Positions 10,321-19,621 of a stretch of 64,000 nt of DNA are shown piece after piece. Origin of the DNA: an uncultured cyanobacterium (GTDB lineage Bacteria; Cyanobacteriota; Cyanobacteriia; PCC-9006; JAAUQQ01); NCBI GenBank assembly GCA_963718615.1, contig OY970368.1:5920001-5984000 (forward strand), in the 5' to 3' direction. Numbering within the stretch: position 1 is the stretch's first letter; each line of letters opens with the position of its first letter. Below the pieces are notes generated by a model. The model ran no database searches. It was not told the origin of the DNA and worked only from the letters and a program-made list of their open reading frames with translations. Position numbers and translations under genes: made by a program.

Positions 10321-11547
10321 CTAGGGAGCCAAAGCATTGCCGCGAATCAGACTGCCGATCGTCTTCGCCGTGATCTTGAGCTGCACCAGGGGATTGGCCG
10401 GAACCACCGTCTTATACAGATAGCTATCAAACGTTAGCTTCTGCACATCAATGTCTTCGCACATTTCCACGAAGGCTTCACGGGCGGCATCGGAGGTGTA
10501 GAACACCTTCTGGAGAATATCCAGCACCTTGTAAGTGGCCCCGTAGGTTTTGTCCCACTTCTTCAGGTAGGCCTTTTTCAAGCCTGCTTCCGTCGGGACC
10601 TTTGCGCCTGCTTCAGACAACGCGACGATCGCCTCCGCACACATCCGACCAGACTTGGCCGCGAAATAAATGCCCTCGCCAGAGCACTTCGTCACATAGC
10701 CTGCTGCATCACCCACCAGCGCCACGCGACCCACAACCCGGCGGGGACGGGGATGCTCGGGAATTGGGTGAGCTTCTACCTTGATGATTTCGCCACCTTC
10801 AATGCGGTGGGCTGCGCGTTTGCGAATGCCTGCTTGGAGCTTCTTGATATCGCGCTGGTTGACGCTCATGGTGCCAGTGCCAACGGCGACGTGGTCGTAT
10901 TTGGGGAAGACCCAGGCATAGAAATCTGTGGAAACATCGTCCCCCACATACATTTCGGCCCGCTCTTTGTAATACTCCATCTTGTCGTCGGGGATGCGGA
11001 TGCGCTCTTGGAAGGCGATCGCATAATTATAGTCCCCGGCATCGATGGCCTTGGCAACGCGGGAGTTGGCCCCATCCGCTCCAATCACCAGATCGACTTT
11101 CAGCGTCTTGGCTTCGCCTTGCAGCCCTTCGCCCGAGTGGTCCGCATAGTGCAGGACGTAGGGATCTTTGTCGTTCCCTGGAATTTCTAACTTGTGAACC
11201 GTGCCATTAATCAGATGAGCACCGAGCTCCGCCGCCCGGTTACGTAGGAACCCATCCAGGACTTCGCGGCGGCACATGCCAATGTACTCGTTGTCCTTGA
11301 GTGTATGACCGATGTCCACTTCCACATTGGACGGTGAAATCATCTTCATCTTCCGCACGCGGCGATCGATGATCTCCTGAGGTAAGTCAAACTCTTCCAC
11401 CATGCACAGCGGAATGGCACCACCGCAGGGCTTCGCGTTATCTAATTTGCGCTCGATTAAGTAGGTCTCAATCCCAGCTTTTACTAGGGTCTCAGCAGCG
11501 CAAGAGCCTGCTGGACCACCCCCTACAACAGCTACCCGTAGTGCCAA
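10321..11547 (-). CDS. chlP: Geranylgeranyl reductase
   Basis: LRVAVVGGGPAG, AKPCGGAIPLCM, VEAHPIPEHPRPRR, TKCSGEGIYFAAKSGRMCAE. Confidence 0.97.
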   Translation of the reverse strand: MALRVAVVGGGPAGSCAAETLVKAGIETYLIERKLDNAKPCGGAIPLCMVEEFDLPQEIIDRRVRKMKMISPSNVEVDIGHTLKDNEYIGMCRREVLDGFLRNRAAELGAHLINGTVHKLEIPGNDKDPYVLHYADHSGEGLQGEAKTLKVDLVIGADGANSRVAKAIDAGDYNYAIAFQERIRIPDDKMEYYKERAEMYVGDDVSTDFYAWVFPKYDHVAVGTGTMSVNQRDIKKLQAGIRKRAAHRIEGGEIIKVEAHPIPEHPRPRRVVGRVALVGDAAGYVTKCSGEGIYFAAKSGRMCAEAIVALSEAGAKVPTEAGLKKAYLKKWDKTYGATYKVLDILQKVFYTSDAAREAFVEMCEDIDVQKLTFDSYLYKTVVPANPLVQLKITAKTIGSLIRGNALAP

Positions 11548-11721
11548 GGCCGTTCTCCAGATTACTGATGGCTACGAGGATGGATCCTATCATGGTCGTT
11601 GGAGGGGCTGATCCTGTGGTCTCGGTCTATGTGACTGAACTGAAATGGAGCGTAATTTTTTGAAATATTTTGTGAACTATGCCGTTAAATGCGTGAATCA
11701 GGTGCATGGCTTGAGACGCTT

Positions 11722-12468
11722 TTAGGCTTGCGATGCTTGACCGAAGCGCTCACGCCGTTTTTTGAGCACACTGACCCCAAAACCGATCAGCCCTGGTAGC
11801 AATGCCGGTGTTGGCACTGAGGTGGGAGGGACTGTTTGAATTTGGGCTGTGAATTGGGTGGAGTCACTCAGATCATTGCCTTCAGGGTTAATGGCAAAAT
11901 CCAAAACACTGCCGACTGCCAAGGTCTGCTGTAATGAGTAGTTAAAGACGGTGAAATTATTGGTGGCCTGCTCGTAGATCTTTGCGCCATCTAGAAAGAT
12001 ATAGCCGATGGTGCCGTCATTCGATTGCGAGTTGATGTCGCCAAAGCGTCCAGAGATCGTCACGTCGCCTGCAAAATCGCTGACCCAACGCCGCACGGCC
12101 CAATGGTTTTCTGTATCCGGGAATGTGGCGGGGTGACCCATGACATTGTTCAGCATCGTCCAAGTGTATTGGGTTGACGGGTCGTATTGAGTCTCATTAG
12201 GCTGATCGATGGTTTCTTCCCAGAACTGTCCGCTGTCAAAATATTTCATTTCCTGGAAAGTCGAGGTCGGGATCGAACTAAAGGCTGTTTGGTTTTTAGG
12301 GATTTCGTAGTAGCCGTAGTACCAGCCATCTTGACCCTGTTGATCTGAAAAATCTTGTACAGAATCTGCAATTACAGCTGCTTGCACAGACTGGGGTGGG
12401 AGGGCGATCGCCCCACAAAATAAGCCCATTGCCAGAGGAATTGTCCTAAACATGCTAAGCTTAACCAT
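11722..12468 (-). CDS. Secreted protein with PTPA-CTERM (PEP-CTERM-like) sorting signal
   Basis: Signal peptide ending near VQA-A; C-terminal VPTPALLPGLIGFGVSVLKKRR; start at 12468 or 12453. Confidence 0.8.
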   Translation of the reverse strand: MVKLSMFRTIPLAMGLFCGAIALPPQSVQAAVIADSVQDFSDQQGQDGWYYGYYEIPKNQTAFSSIPTSTFQEMKYFDSGQFWEETIDQPNETQYDPSTQYTWTMLNNVMGHPATFPDTENHWAVRRWVSDFAGDVTISGRFGDINSQSNDGTIGYIFLDGAKIYEQATNNFTVFNYSLQQTLAVGSVLDFAINPEGNDLSDSTQFTAQIQTVPPTSVPTPALLPGLIGFGVSVLKKRRERFGQASQA

Positions 12469-12818
12469 AATATCCACCGACTTCAACACAGAGATACAAC
12501 AGGTGGTAGATTCTGATTTTGATCCTGACTTGGCCGCAATAGAGACGTGTGCGCAGATTGAGTTCACTGACTGTACTCAATATTACTTTTCCCAGAATGA
12601 ATCTAGCGATCGCACCTCTAGGGTTTATCAAAGTTTTATCGAACGAGCCAGAATTATCTCGATTCCTCGCGGTTCCTCCCCTAGGACTGTTACGTTTCGA
12701 TAGATTGCTTAATCTTGTAAGAGGTTTTAGGCCAATTGGCTACGCGCAATGGCTGAAGCTAGGAGGGAGAGGCTGGGGCGATCGCCTATGGGCTAGTCGT
12801 GAACGTCGTCTTTCTCGA

Positions 12819-13073
12819 TTAGCGGGTAACAATCTCTCCTCTCCACAGGTACTGGCTTAATTGCTGACCGACTCGGCGTTCTTCTTCTGGGTGCTTGGGT
12901 AATTGCCAGCGCAGGGCATCGTAGAGGAGATGACGGTAGAGGTCGAAGCTGGCTTCGAGGAGGTCGCTGTAGGTAGTGGTAGTGGCGATCGCCCAACGAT
13001 AGGCAAACAAGGCAGAAGATAATCCTAGTGGTATGACCAACAAATCTCAAGATTTGCCCCCCATGGCCCAAAT
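12819..13073 (-). pseudogene. Orphan 3' fragment paralogous to the C-terminus of the upstream 4-TM protein
   Basis: LGLSSALFAYRWAI...EASFDLYRHLLYDALRW...ERRVGQ aligns with LGLLSAWFAYRWAI...EATFDLHRHLLYQALRW...ERRVGQ; in-frame TGA just upstream of the track ORF. Confidence 0.75.
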
Positions 13074-13086
13074 TCCTCGGAATCAG

Positions 13087-14098
13087 TCAGTTCAGATAGC
13101 TTATGAAGCCGGATTGTAGGTATCGGGTCAGGTCTTGACCCACTCGGCGTTCAATGGTTGGGTCGGGAGGGAGAGTCCAGCGGAGGGCTTGGTAGAGCAG
13201 GTGGCGATGGAGGTCGAAGGTGGCTTCGATTAGTTCGCCGTAGAGGCTGGCAGCGGCGATCGCCCAGCGGTAAGCAAACCAAGCTGAGAGTAGGCCCAGC
13301 AACAAAGGCCAGGTCGCTAAAGGCGTTTGGGCAAGGGCGGCCCAGCCGCAGAAGAGGAGGCTCCACAACCAGACGCGGACGGCAGTGTTGAGGTCGGCGC
13401 GGGCTTCTTGGAGGTCTTTTTTGACGGGGTCGGGCAGGAGCATCCAGAAGGCGAGACCAGCAAATGATGGCGTCGAGGCCATATTTGTGGAGGGGTTGGC
13501 GCTCGGCGGCGCGGAGCAGGTTGCCGAGGCGGGTGGGCATGAGGTCGGTGTTGGTTTGGGGCAGGGCTCGCAGTTCTTGCCGGATGCGGATTAGGGTTTG
13601 TTGTTGCTGGGGGGTGAGGAGGTGCTCGTTGAGTTGGAGATAGTCGGTGCGTTGGGCGGGGGTGAGCTGGGCTGCACCTTGGGTTTCGATGATCGTTTTT
13701 AGGGTTTGGAGTTTTGTGCGTTGTTGGGCTTCGAGGCTGCGGAGGGTTTGGCTGTCTTTGCTGAGTTGGGTTTTGCGATCGCGATACTGCCGAATTCGCC
13801 ATTGTTTAAGCGGACGGATCCAGAGGGGGCCGTAGCCTTCGAGGAAGCGCAGGGTGGCGAAGTCGAAGCGTTGGACAATGAAGGCGGAGGTGGCGATCGC
13901 GCAAAAGACACCGACAAGCAAGGCGGTTTGCAGGGGGTTGGGATATTGGCTGAATTGTGCGATGAGGGGTTTCCAGCCCCAGCGTTGCAGGATGGCGGCG
14001 AAGCCCCCGAGCCAGAAGACAAAGGCGGGGGTGAGTAGGGTGGCGACCCATTGTTCGGCGAGTTTACCGCCAAAGCTTTCGAGGACTTTTGCGGTCAT
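13087..14098 (-). pseudogene. CHAT-associated 4-TM membrane protein (about 336 aa if repaired), split by a 1-nt frameshift near 13447-13450
   Basis: Frame 1 ends ...PTRLGNLLRAAE...YGLDAIICWSRL and frame 2 continues WMLLPD...; the junction reads CGC CTT C TGG ATG. Confidence 0.8.
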
Positions 14099-14107
14099 GG
14101 ATGCACC

Positions 14108-14503
14108 TTAGGACTGGGCGGGAACGAGGGGAACGAGATGGGTGGGGCAGAGAGGGATGGGCTCATTCCCTTCCCGATACCAAGTGTAGTCATCGCCGAT
14201 CGGGCAAACATATTTCGTTGCAGGTTGGAGTGCTTCGTTGCCAGCGAGACGAGAATCGCCGAGGGAACGTGTAATCTGGTCTGGATTTTCCCCCTTGAGA
14301 TAGCGCTTCATCCAGGCTCGGGTGGACTCGAATTGCCGCAGTTCTTCGGTTATTAAAAGTTCAACTGATTGTCCAGGTTTTGTTTGGGTGAGTAGGATTT
14401 GTAATCGTTGATCAACCTGTTCCGCAGTTGCCGAGTCGAGTAATGTTGACAGCTCAGAACGAATCGCATGGGCAGCGTCAGTGATGGTTCTGGGTTGAGT
14501 CAT
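14108..14503 (-). CDS. 131-aa CHAT-associated protein: helical N-terminus plus C-terminal YVCP-x17-CPTH motif
   Basis: Clean ORF ending 9 nt upstream of the TM gene; putative metal-binding tail YVCPIGDDYTWYREGNEPIPLCPTHLVPLVP. Confidence 0.8.
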   Translation of the reverse strand: MTQPRTITDAAHAIRSELSTLLDSATAEQVDQRLQILLTQTKPGQSVELLITEELRQFESTRAWMKRYLKGENPDQITRSLGDSRLAGNEALQPATKYVCPIGDDYTWYREGNEPIPLCPTHLVPLVPAQS

Positions 14504-14557
14504 GTTGGGTTACCTGGGGTGCAAAGGATGGCTCAGGGGCAGGCAGATTCGATCAGG

Positions 14558-14983
14558 TTATTGCCAGGGGTTGAGCAGGCTTAGTCCCGTGGTGCTGAAG
14601 TCTGATACGTTACGGGTTACAAGGATTATTCTATGCCGTAGGGCGACAGCGGCGATGAGAGAGTCCATTACCGCCATGGGGGTTCCTTGCTGTCGTTGTT
14701 GGGCTGTCATCTGTCCCCAAATTAAAAATACGTCGCTATCTAGGGGCAGAATTCGGTTGGCAAATTGATGAAAGAGGGATTCGTTGAGCCAGATCTCTAG
14801 CTCGGTGCGTCGATTGGATGGGGGGCGGTTATTGATGCCGAACTGGATTTCGCCAATGGTGACAGCACTGAGGAAGACTTGCTCCGGATCTGTGCGGTTG
14901 AGCCAATCGATGACTTTGGGTTCGGGCTGGGGTTTGACGAATTCGGAAATGACGCAGGTATCGAGGAGGTATTGCAGGGTCAT
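14558..14983 (-). CDS. vapC: VapC family PIN-domain toxin
   Basis: YLLDTCVISE, TIGEI, MDSLIAAVAL, LVTRNVSDF, NPW. Confidence 0.92.
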   Translation of the reverse strand: MTLQYLLDTCVISEFVKPQPEPKVIDWLNRTDPEQVFLSAVTIGEIQFGINNRPPSNRRTELEIWLNESLFHQFANRILPLDSDVFLIWGQMTAQQRQQGTPMAVMDSLIAAVALRHRIILVTRNVSDFSTTGLSLLNPWQ

Positions 14984-15231
14984 AGCTCAATCGGACGGAG
15001 GCTGGTGCTGGGATTGCGGTCCAGGTTTAGTCCACTATCGCGCAGCGGGGAAGCGAGGAAGAAGTCTCCGAGGCGCTGTTGGGGGGCGGTGAGTTTTTTG
15101 TATTTGGCGAAGGGCATGACCACGGCGATTTCGACGCCATGGCGGGTGATGATTTGGGGGCCTTCGGAGAGTGCCCGATCGATTAGCTCAGAGAGTTTGT
15201 TTTTGGCTTCTTGGAGTTGCCAGGAGGTCAT
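14980..15231 (-). CDS. Phd/YefM family antitoxin
   Basis: WQLQEAKNKLSELIDRALSEGPQIITRHG; 4-nt overlap with vapC. Confidence 0.92.
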   Translation of the reverse strand: MTSWQLQEAKNKLSELIDRALSEGPQIITRHGVEIAVVMPFAKYKKLTAPQQRLGDFFLASPLRDSGLNLDRNPSTSLRPIEL

Positions 15232-15305
15232 GGTGGTTGGGAGATTCCAGCTAGACTGTCTAGATTATAGTCGGAGCTGTTCGGGTTTTGGGGGGACGGG
15301 AGGGG

Positions 15306-18300
15306 CTAGATGCCGGTGTAGCTGAAGGCTGCCCAGTGGAAGGGGTGGGCGTAGGTGCGATCGCTGGGGTCTTCCCAGGCGAGTTTGTTGTAGAGGTCGC
15401 GGGCGATCGCCTCTGGGAGGCCGAGGAAGCGATCGCGGGGGGCTTGGGGAGGAGGGCTGTCGGGGAATTCTGGGAGTACGGCTTTTAGTGCCTGGATTTT
15501 TTCAGCGTTGGTGGTGTCGCGGAGCCAGATTTGGGCTTGGCGCAGGGCTTGGTCGGGTTCAAGCTGGTGGCTGCGCCAGAGGTCGTAGAATTTGGTGAGC
15601 AGGAGCATGGTGCTGAGGTCGCTGACGGCCCAGAGGGAGGCGATGACGGCGGCGACTCCGGCTTGGAGGAGGCCGGTGGGGAGGCTGATGGCTTCGTCGG
15701 CGTTTTCGGTGCCGATCATGCCGGTTTCGCAGGCGGAGAGGATGGCGAGGCGGAGGCCGCTGTTGCCCTTTTCGGTATCGGCGAGGTTGAGGGCGAAGAT
15801 GTCTTTGAGGGTGAGGAGGCCGTCGCTCATGAGCAGGCCGCTTTGGAGGGGTTCGCGCAGGTTGGCGGTGCCGTGGCAGGCGAAGTGGGCGATCGCCACG
15901 TTGGTCAGTTGCGATCGCACCTGTTCTACGGTGGCTTGGTCATGACGAAGGACGGTGGAATTCTGGAAGGTGGCGATCGCGGCTTGTACTTCGCGTTCTG
16001 AGCTAGGCAGGTCTTGTTTGGGGTTGTCGATGGCTAGGATCGAATTAGCCTGGACGCGATCGGCAATGGCTTTTGCGGCGGTAAGGGATTTGGCGTTGGG
16101 GGCGTAGGTGATCTGGAGGTGGTCGAGGGCGTAGCGGCGGCCTGTGGGTTGGGTTTTGTCTGGGGTCCAGGCGGCGTGGAGGGGGAGGAGGCTGATGTAG
16201 CCGGTGGGGATGAGGGTGGTGCGATCGAATCCGAGGTCTTTGAGCTGCTGAACCATTGGCCCGATTAGGGGTTCCCAGATTTGCTGGGTGATGGCGTCGA
16301 TTATGTTGTGCCAGGTTTGGCGATCGTTGCTGGCGTTGTTGTAGGCGGCGAACCAGGTTTGGATGAGGTCGGTGAGTTGGGTGTCGGTGAAGTCGTTGAG
16401 CCAGATTGGATAGATGTCGTTGGGGGTGACGACGAGGGCGAGGCTGCCTGCGGGGGTGGTGAGGAGGTAGGTGAGGGGGGTGTCTGGGGTGACGGCTTTT
16501 TGAACGTCTTCGAGTGTGGGGAGGGTGAGGAAGGTTTCGTAGCCGGGTTGTTGGCGGATTTGGTCGATGGTTTCGGTGAGTTCTTGGCGGAGGCGGGTGG
16601 CTTCGTTGCGGAGGGTTTCGGGGGTGATGCTGTGGCGATCGACGCTGGTCATGCGATCGCGCTGTTGGGCTTCGAGGTTGCGGAGTTGTTGGGTGATGGT
16701 TTGGTATTGAATGTAGGGATCTGGAGCTAGAGTTTGCAGTTGGGTGAGGTTGGCGCGATCGCGATCGAGGCTTTCACTGAGTCCACGGGCGCGACCTTGC
16801 TCTAGGGCGAGGACGGCTTTGGATAAATTTCTTGTGCGAGCGAAGGCATAGGCGGCACGGTGGGGAAGATTGGCGGTCTCGGATAGTGAGGCAGATTTGC
16901 TGTCGAGGAGGGTGGCGCTTTGATAGAGACTTTCTGCGGCGGTAAGTGCTTGGTCATAAATAGGAACGGCTTCTGACCAGCGTTGCTGATCGCTGTAGAG
17001 ATTGGCTAGACTGCGAGCGGTTATTCGACATTCATAGGAGAATCGTGTTGGTTCAAAGATGGTCAGGCTAGCGCAGTAATTGGCGATTGCTTGTTCAATA
17101 TTCTTCGCACGATCGCCTTCGATGCGGAAATAGTATGCAACTGCCAGATTCATGGTGGTTTGTGCCCACTCGAACGGCATGGCGGTTTGCGTCCTCACGG
17201 TCAAGGCTCGCTTATATGCGGCGATCATTTGTTCAATGTTCTCGGCGTGATCGCCTTCGATTCGGGAATAGTATGCACTTGCCAGGCCCATGGTGGTTTG
17301 TGCCCACTCGATCGGCATCGCCGCTTCCGTCCTCACCGTCAAGGCTTGCTCGTAGGCTTTGATCGCCTGTTCGATATTCTCCGCGCGATCGCCTTTAATA
17401 CGGTCAGCGTATGAATTTGCCAGGTTCATGGTGGCTTGTGCCCACTCGAACGGCATGGCGGTTTGCGTCATCACCAACAAGGCTTGCTCGTAGTAGGCAA
17501 TTGCTTGTTCAATATTCTTGGCGCGATCGCCTTTGATGCGTTGTTTGTATACAGCTGCCAGATTCATGGTGGTTTCTGCCCACTCGATCGGCATGGCCGC
17601 TTCCGTCCTCACGGTCAAGGCTTGCCCGTAGGCTTTGATCGCCTGTTCGATATTCTCCGCGCGATCGCCTTTAATACGGTCAGCGTATGAATTTGCCAGG
17701 TTCATGGTGGCTTGTGCCCACTCGAACGGCATGGCGGTTTGCGTCATCACCAACAAGGCTTGCTCATGGAAGGCGATCGCTCGTTCAATATTCTCGGCGC
17801 GATCACCTTTAATGCGGTTATTGTATGCAAGTGCCAGATTCATGGTGGTTCGTGCCCACTCAATCGGCATGGCGGTTCGTGTCATCACGGTCAATGCTTG
17901 CTGGTAGAAGGCGATCGCTTGTTCAATATTCTCGGTGCGATCGCCTTTAATGCGGTTATTGTATGCAAGTGCCAGATTCATGGTGGTTCGTGCCCAATCG
18001 AACGGCATGGCGGTTTGCGTCGTCACCAACAAGGCTTGCTCGTAGAAAGCGATCGCTCGTTCAATGTTCTTGGAGCGATCGCCTTTGATGCGGTTATTGT
18101 ATACATTTGCCAGACCCATGGTGGTTTGTGCCCATTCGATCGGCATTGCGGTTTGCGTCCTCACCCTCAATGCTTGCTCGTAGAAGGCGATCGCTTGTTC
18201 CATATTCTCGGAGCGATCGCCTTTGATGCGGTTCTTGTATGCGGTTGCCAAGTTATTGGTGGTTTGTGCCCACTCGATCGGCATTGCGGTTTGCGTCATC

Positions 18301-19403
18301 ACCGTCAAGGCTTGCTCGTAGAAGGCGATCGCTTGTTCAATGTTCTTGGAGCGATCGCCTTTGATGCGGTCAGAGTATGCAGTTGCCAGACCCATGGTGG
18401 TTTGTGCCCACTCGATCGGCATCGCCGCTTCCGTCATCACCGTCAAGGCTTGCTCGTAAGCTTTGATCGCTCGTTCCATATTCTCGGCTCGATCGCCTTT
18501 GATGCGTTCATAGTATGCGGTTGCCAAGTTATTTGTGGTGGTGGCCCACTTGATCGGCATCGCCGCTTCCGTCCTCACTGTCAAGGCTTGCTCGTAGGCT
18601 TTGATCGCTTGTTCCATATTCTCGGCACGATCACCTTTGATTCGGTTCTTGTATGCGGTTGCCAAGCTAATGGTGGTTTGTGCCCAATCGATCGGCATCG
18701 CCGCTTGCGTCCTCACCGTCAAGACTTGCTCGTAGGCTTTGATCGCCTGTTCGATATTCTCCGCCCGATCGCCTTTGATGCGGAAATAGTATGCGATTGC
18801 CAAGTTCATGGTGCTTTGTGCCCACATTGGCGGATTTGCTGTCTGGGTTCTAACCGACAAAACAACCGCACACCCGGCCAGGGCGATTTCGATATTATTA
18901 GCCCGACTCCCCAATGGAAAATTCTGGAAATGGATGCTGATATTTTCAACTAGAGCTGCTATTGCTTCGGCTGTCTCTGCGTCAGCAAACTCAAGCACAG
19001 CCTTAGCCCAAGTCTGCAATGTTTGAGCCAATCCTAGATGCAGTTTGGTTTGATTGGCCGCTAAAATGGAGTGCACAGCCTGTTGGCCCGTCCCAAAATT
19101 CTCCAATTCAGCCTTGAAAATTGCCATCAATAATGGCATCAGCGCCGCTTCATCCAAATTATCTGCATTCGTTGATTTCACTAATCCCAACCCTTGCGCC
19201 AACTGCCCCGCAAATTGCCGCAGCCTTCCCGCATTACCTTCACCTTGACTCTCCATCCAGTCAGCATATTGCCCCATCACCGCCACCAGCCCCTCATCCA
19301 CCAACCCCGCATTCGCCTCAAGCAGCGCCGCCTCTTCCCCCTGAGCACAGCCCAGCAGTTGCTCAATCAACCGCGCGTAGGCATTCAATCGTTCCTCACC
19401 CAT
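15306..19403 (-). CDS. TPR-repeat CHAT (caspase/HetF-like) protease, 1365 aa
   Basis: 13 tandem 46-aa TPR-like repeats; LEQGRARGL; intact His-Cys dyad HFACHG and LSACETG; C-terminal HPFHWAAF. Confidence 0.93.
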   Translation of the reverse strand: MGEERLNAYARLIEQLLGCAQGEEAALLEANAGLVDEGLVAVMGQYADWMESQGEGNAGRLRQFAGQLAQGLGLVKSTNADNLDEAALMPLLMAIFKAELENFGTGQQAVHSILAANQTKLHLGLAQTLQTWAKAVLEFADAETAEAIAALVENISIHFQNFPLGSRANNIEIALAGCAVVLSVRTQTANPPMWAQSTMNLAIAYYFRIKGDRAENIEQAIKAYEQVLTVRTQAAMPIDWAQTTISLATAYKNRIKGDRAENMEQAIKAYEQALTVRTEAAMPIKWATTTNNLATAYYERIKGDRAENMERAIKAYEQALTVMTEAAMPIEWAQTTMGLATAYSDRIKGDRSKNIEQAIAFYEQALTVMTQTAMPIEWAQTTNNLATAYKNRIKGDRSENMEQAIAFYEQALRVRTQTAMPIEWAQTTMGLANVYNNRIKGDRSKNIERAIAFYEQALLVTTQTAMPFDWARTTMNLALAYNNRIKGDRTENIEQAIAFYQQALTVMTRTAMPIEWARTTMNLALAYNNRIKGDRAENIERAIAFHEQALLVMTQTAMPFEWAQATMNLANSYADRIKGDRAENIEQAIKAYGQALTVRTEAAMPIEWAETTMNLAAVYKQRIKGDRAKNIEQAIAYYEQALLVMTQTAMPFEWAQATMNLANSYADRIKGDRAENIEQAIKAYEQALTVRTEAAMPIEWAQTTMGLASAYYSRIEGDHAENIEQMIAAYKRALTVRTQTAMPFEWAQTTMNLAVAYYFRIEGDRAKNIEQAIANYCASLTIFEPTRFSYECRITARSLANLYSDQQRWSEAVPIYDQALTAAESLYQSATLLDSKSASLSETANLPHRAAYAFARTRNLSKAVLALEQGRARGLSESLDRDRANLTQLQTLAPDPYIQYQTITQQLRNLEAQQRDRMTSVDRHSITPETLRNEATRLRQELTETIDQIRQQPGYETFLTLPTLEDVQKAVTPDTPLTYLLTTPAGSLALVVTPNDIYPIWLNDFTDTQLTDLIQTWFAAYNNASNDRQTWHNIIDAITQQIWEPLIGPMVQQLKDLGFDRTTLIPTGYISLLPLHAAWTPDKTQPTGRRYALDHLQITYAPNAKSLTAAKAIADRVQANSILAIDNPKQDLPSSEREVQAAIATFQNSTVLRHDQATVEQVRSQLTNVAIAHFACHGTANLREPLQSGLLMSDGLLTLKDIFALNLADTEKGNSGLRLAILSACETGMIGTENADEAISLPTGLLQAGVAAVIASLWAVSDLSTMLLLTKFYDLWRSHQLEPDQALRQAQIWLRDTTNAEKIQALKAVLPEFPDSPPPQAPRDRFLGLPEAIARDLYNKLAWEDPSDRTYAHPFHWAAFSYTGI
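17031..18824 (-). repeat. Intragenic tandem array of 13 x 138-nt units
   Basis: Unit W-A-x-T-T-x-x-L-A-x-x-Y-x-x-R-I-K-G-D-R...M-P-x-E; units 9 and 11 near-identical at 276-nt spacing. Confidence 0.92.
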
Positions 19404-19621
19404 GGTGGCAGCCGCTCCGTAATCGATATCTGTGCCATTGATATCTCTATATTTACCTACGGCAAACGGCTAAATCAGTGATCTTACGCATAAAACATAT
19501 TTCAGCCCGCTTCCATCAAGCCCCCATCAACCCCGCAGAGCATCACCCCATAGCCCCCAAATGACTATCTACCTCCAAAAACCACCTCCGCACCCAACTC
19601 AAGCGAGAACCACACCTCTAC

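Noticed and set aside
13447-13450. Programmed ribosomal frameshift in the 4-TM gene
   Set aside because: No slippery heptamer or obvious stimulator; a simple indel or sequencing error is more parsimonious
17031-18824. CRISPR array or DGR template/variable repeat
   Set aside because: Units are contiguous in-frame 138-nt coding repeats without unique spacers, and no cas or reverse transcriptase gene is in the window
17087-18953. Long plus-strand Cys/His-rich repetitive ORFs (e.g. 413 aa at 17712-18953)
   Set aside because: These are antisense shadows of the TPR repeat array; a stop-free frame in one unit is simply propagated
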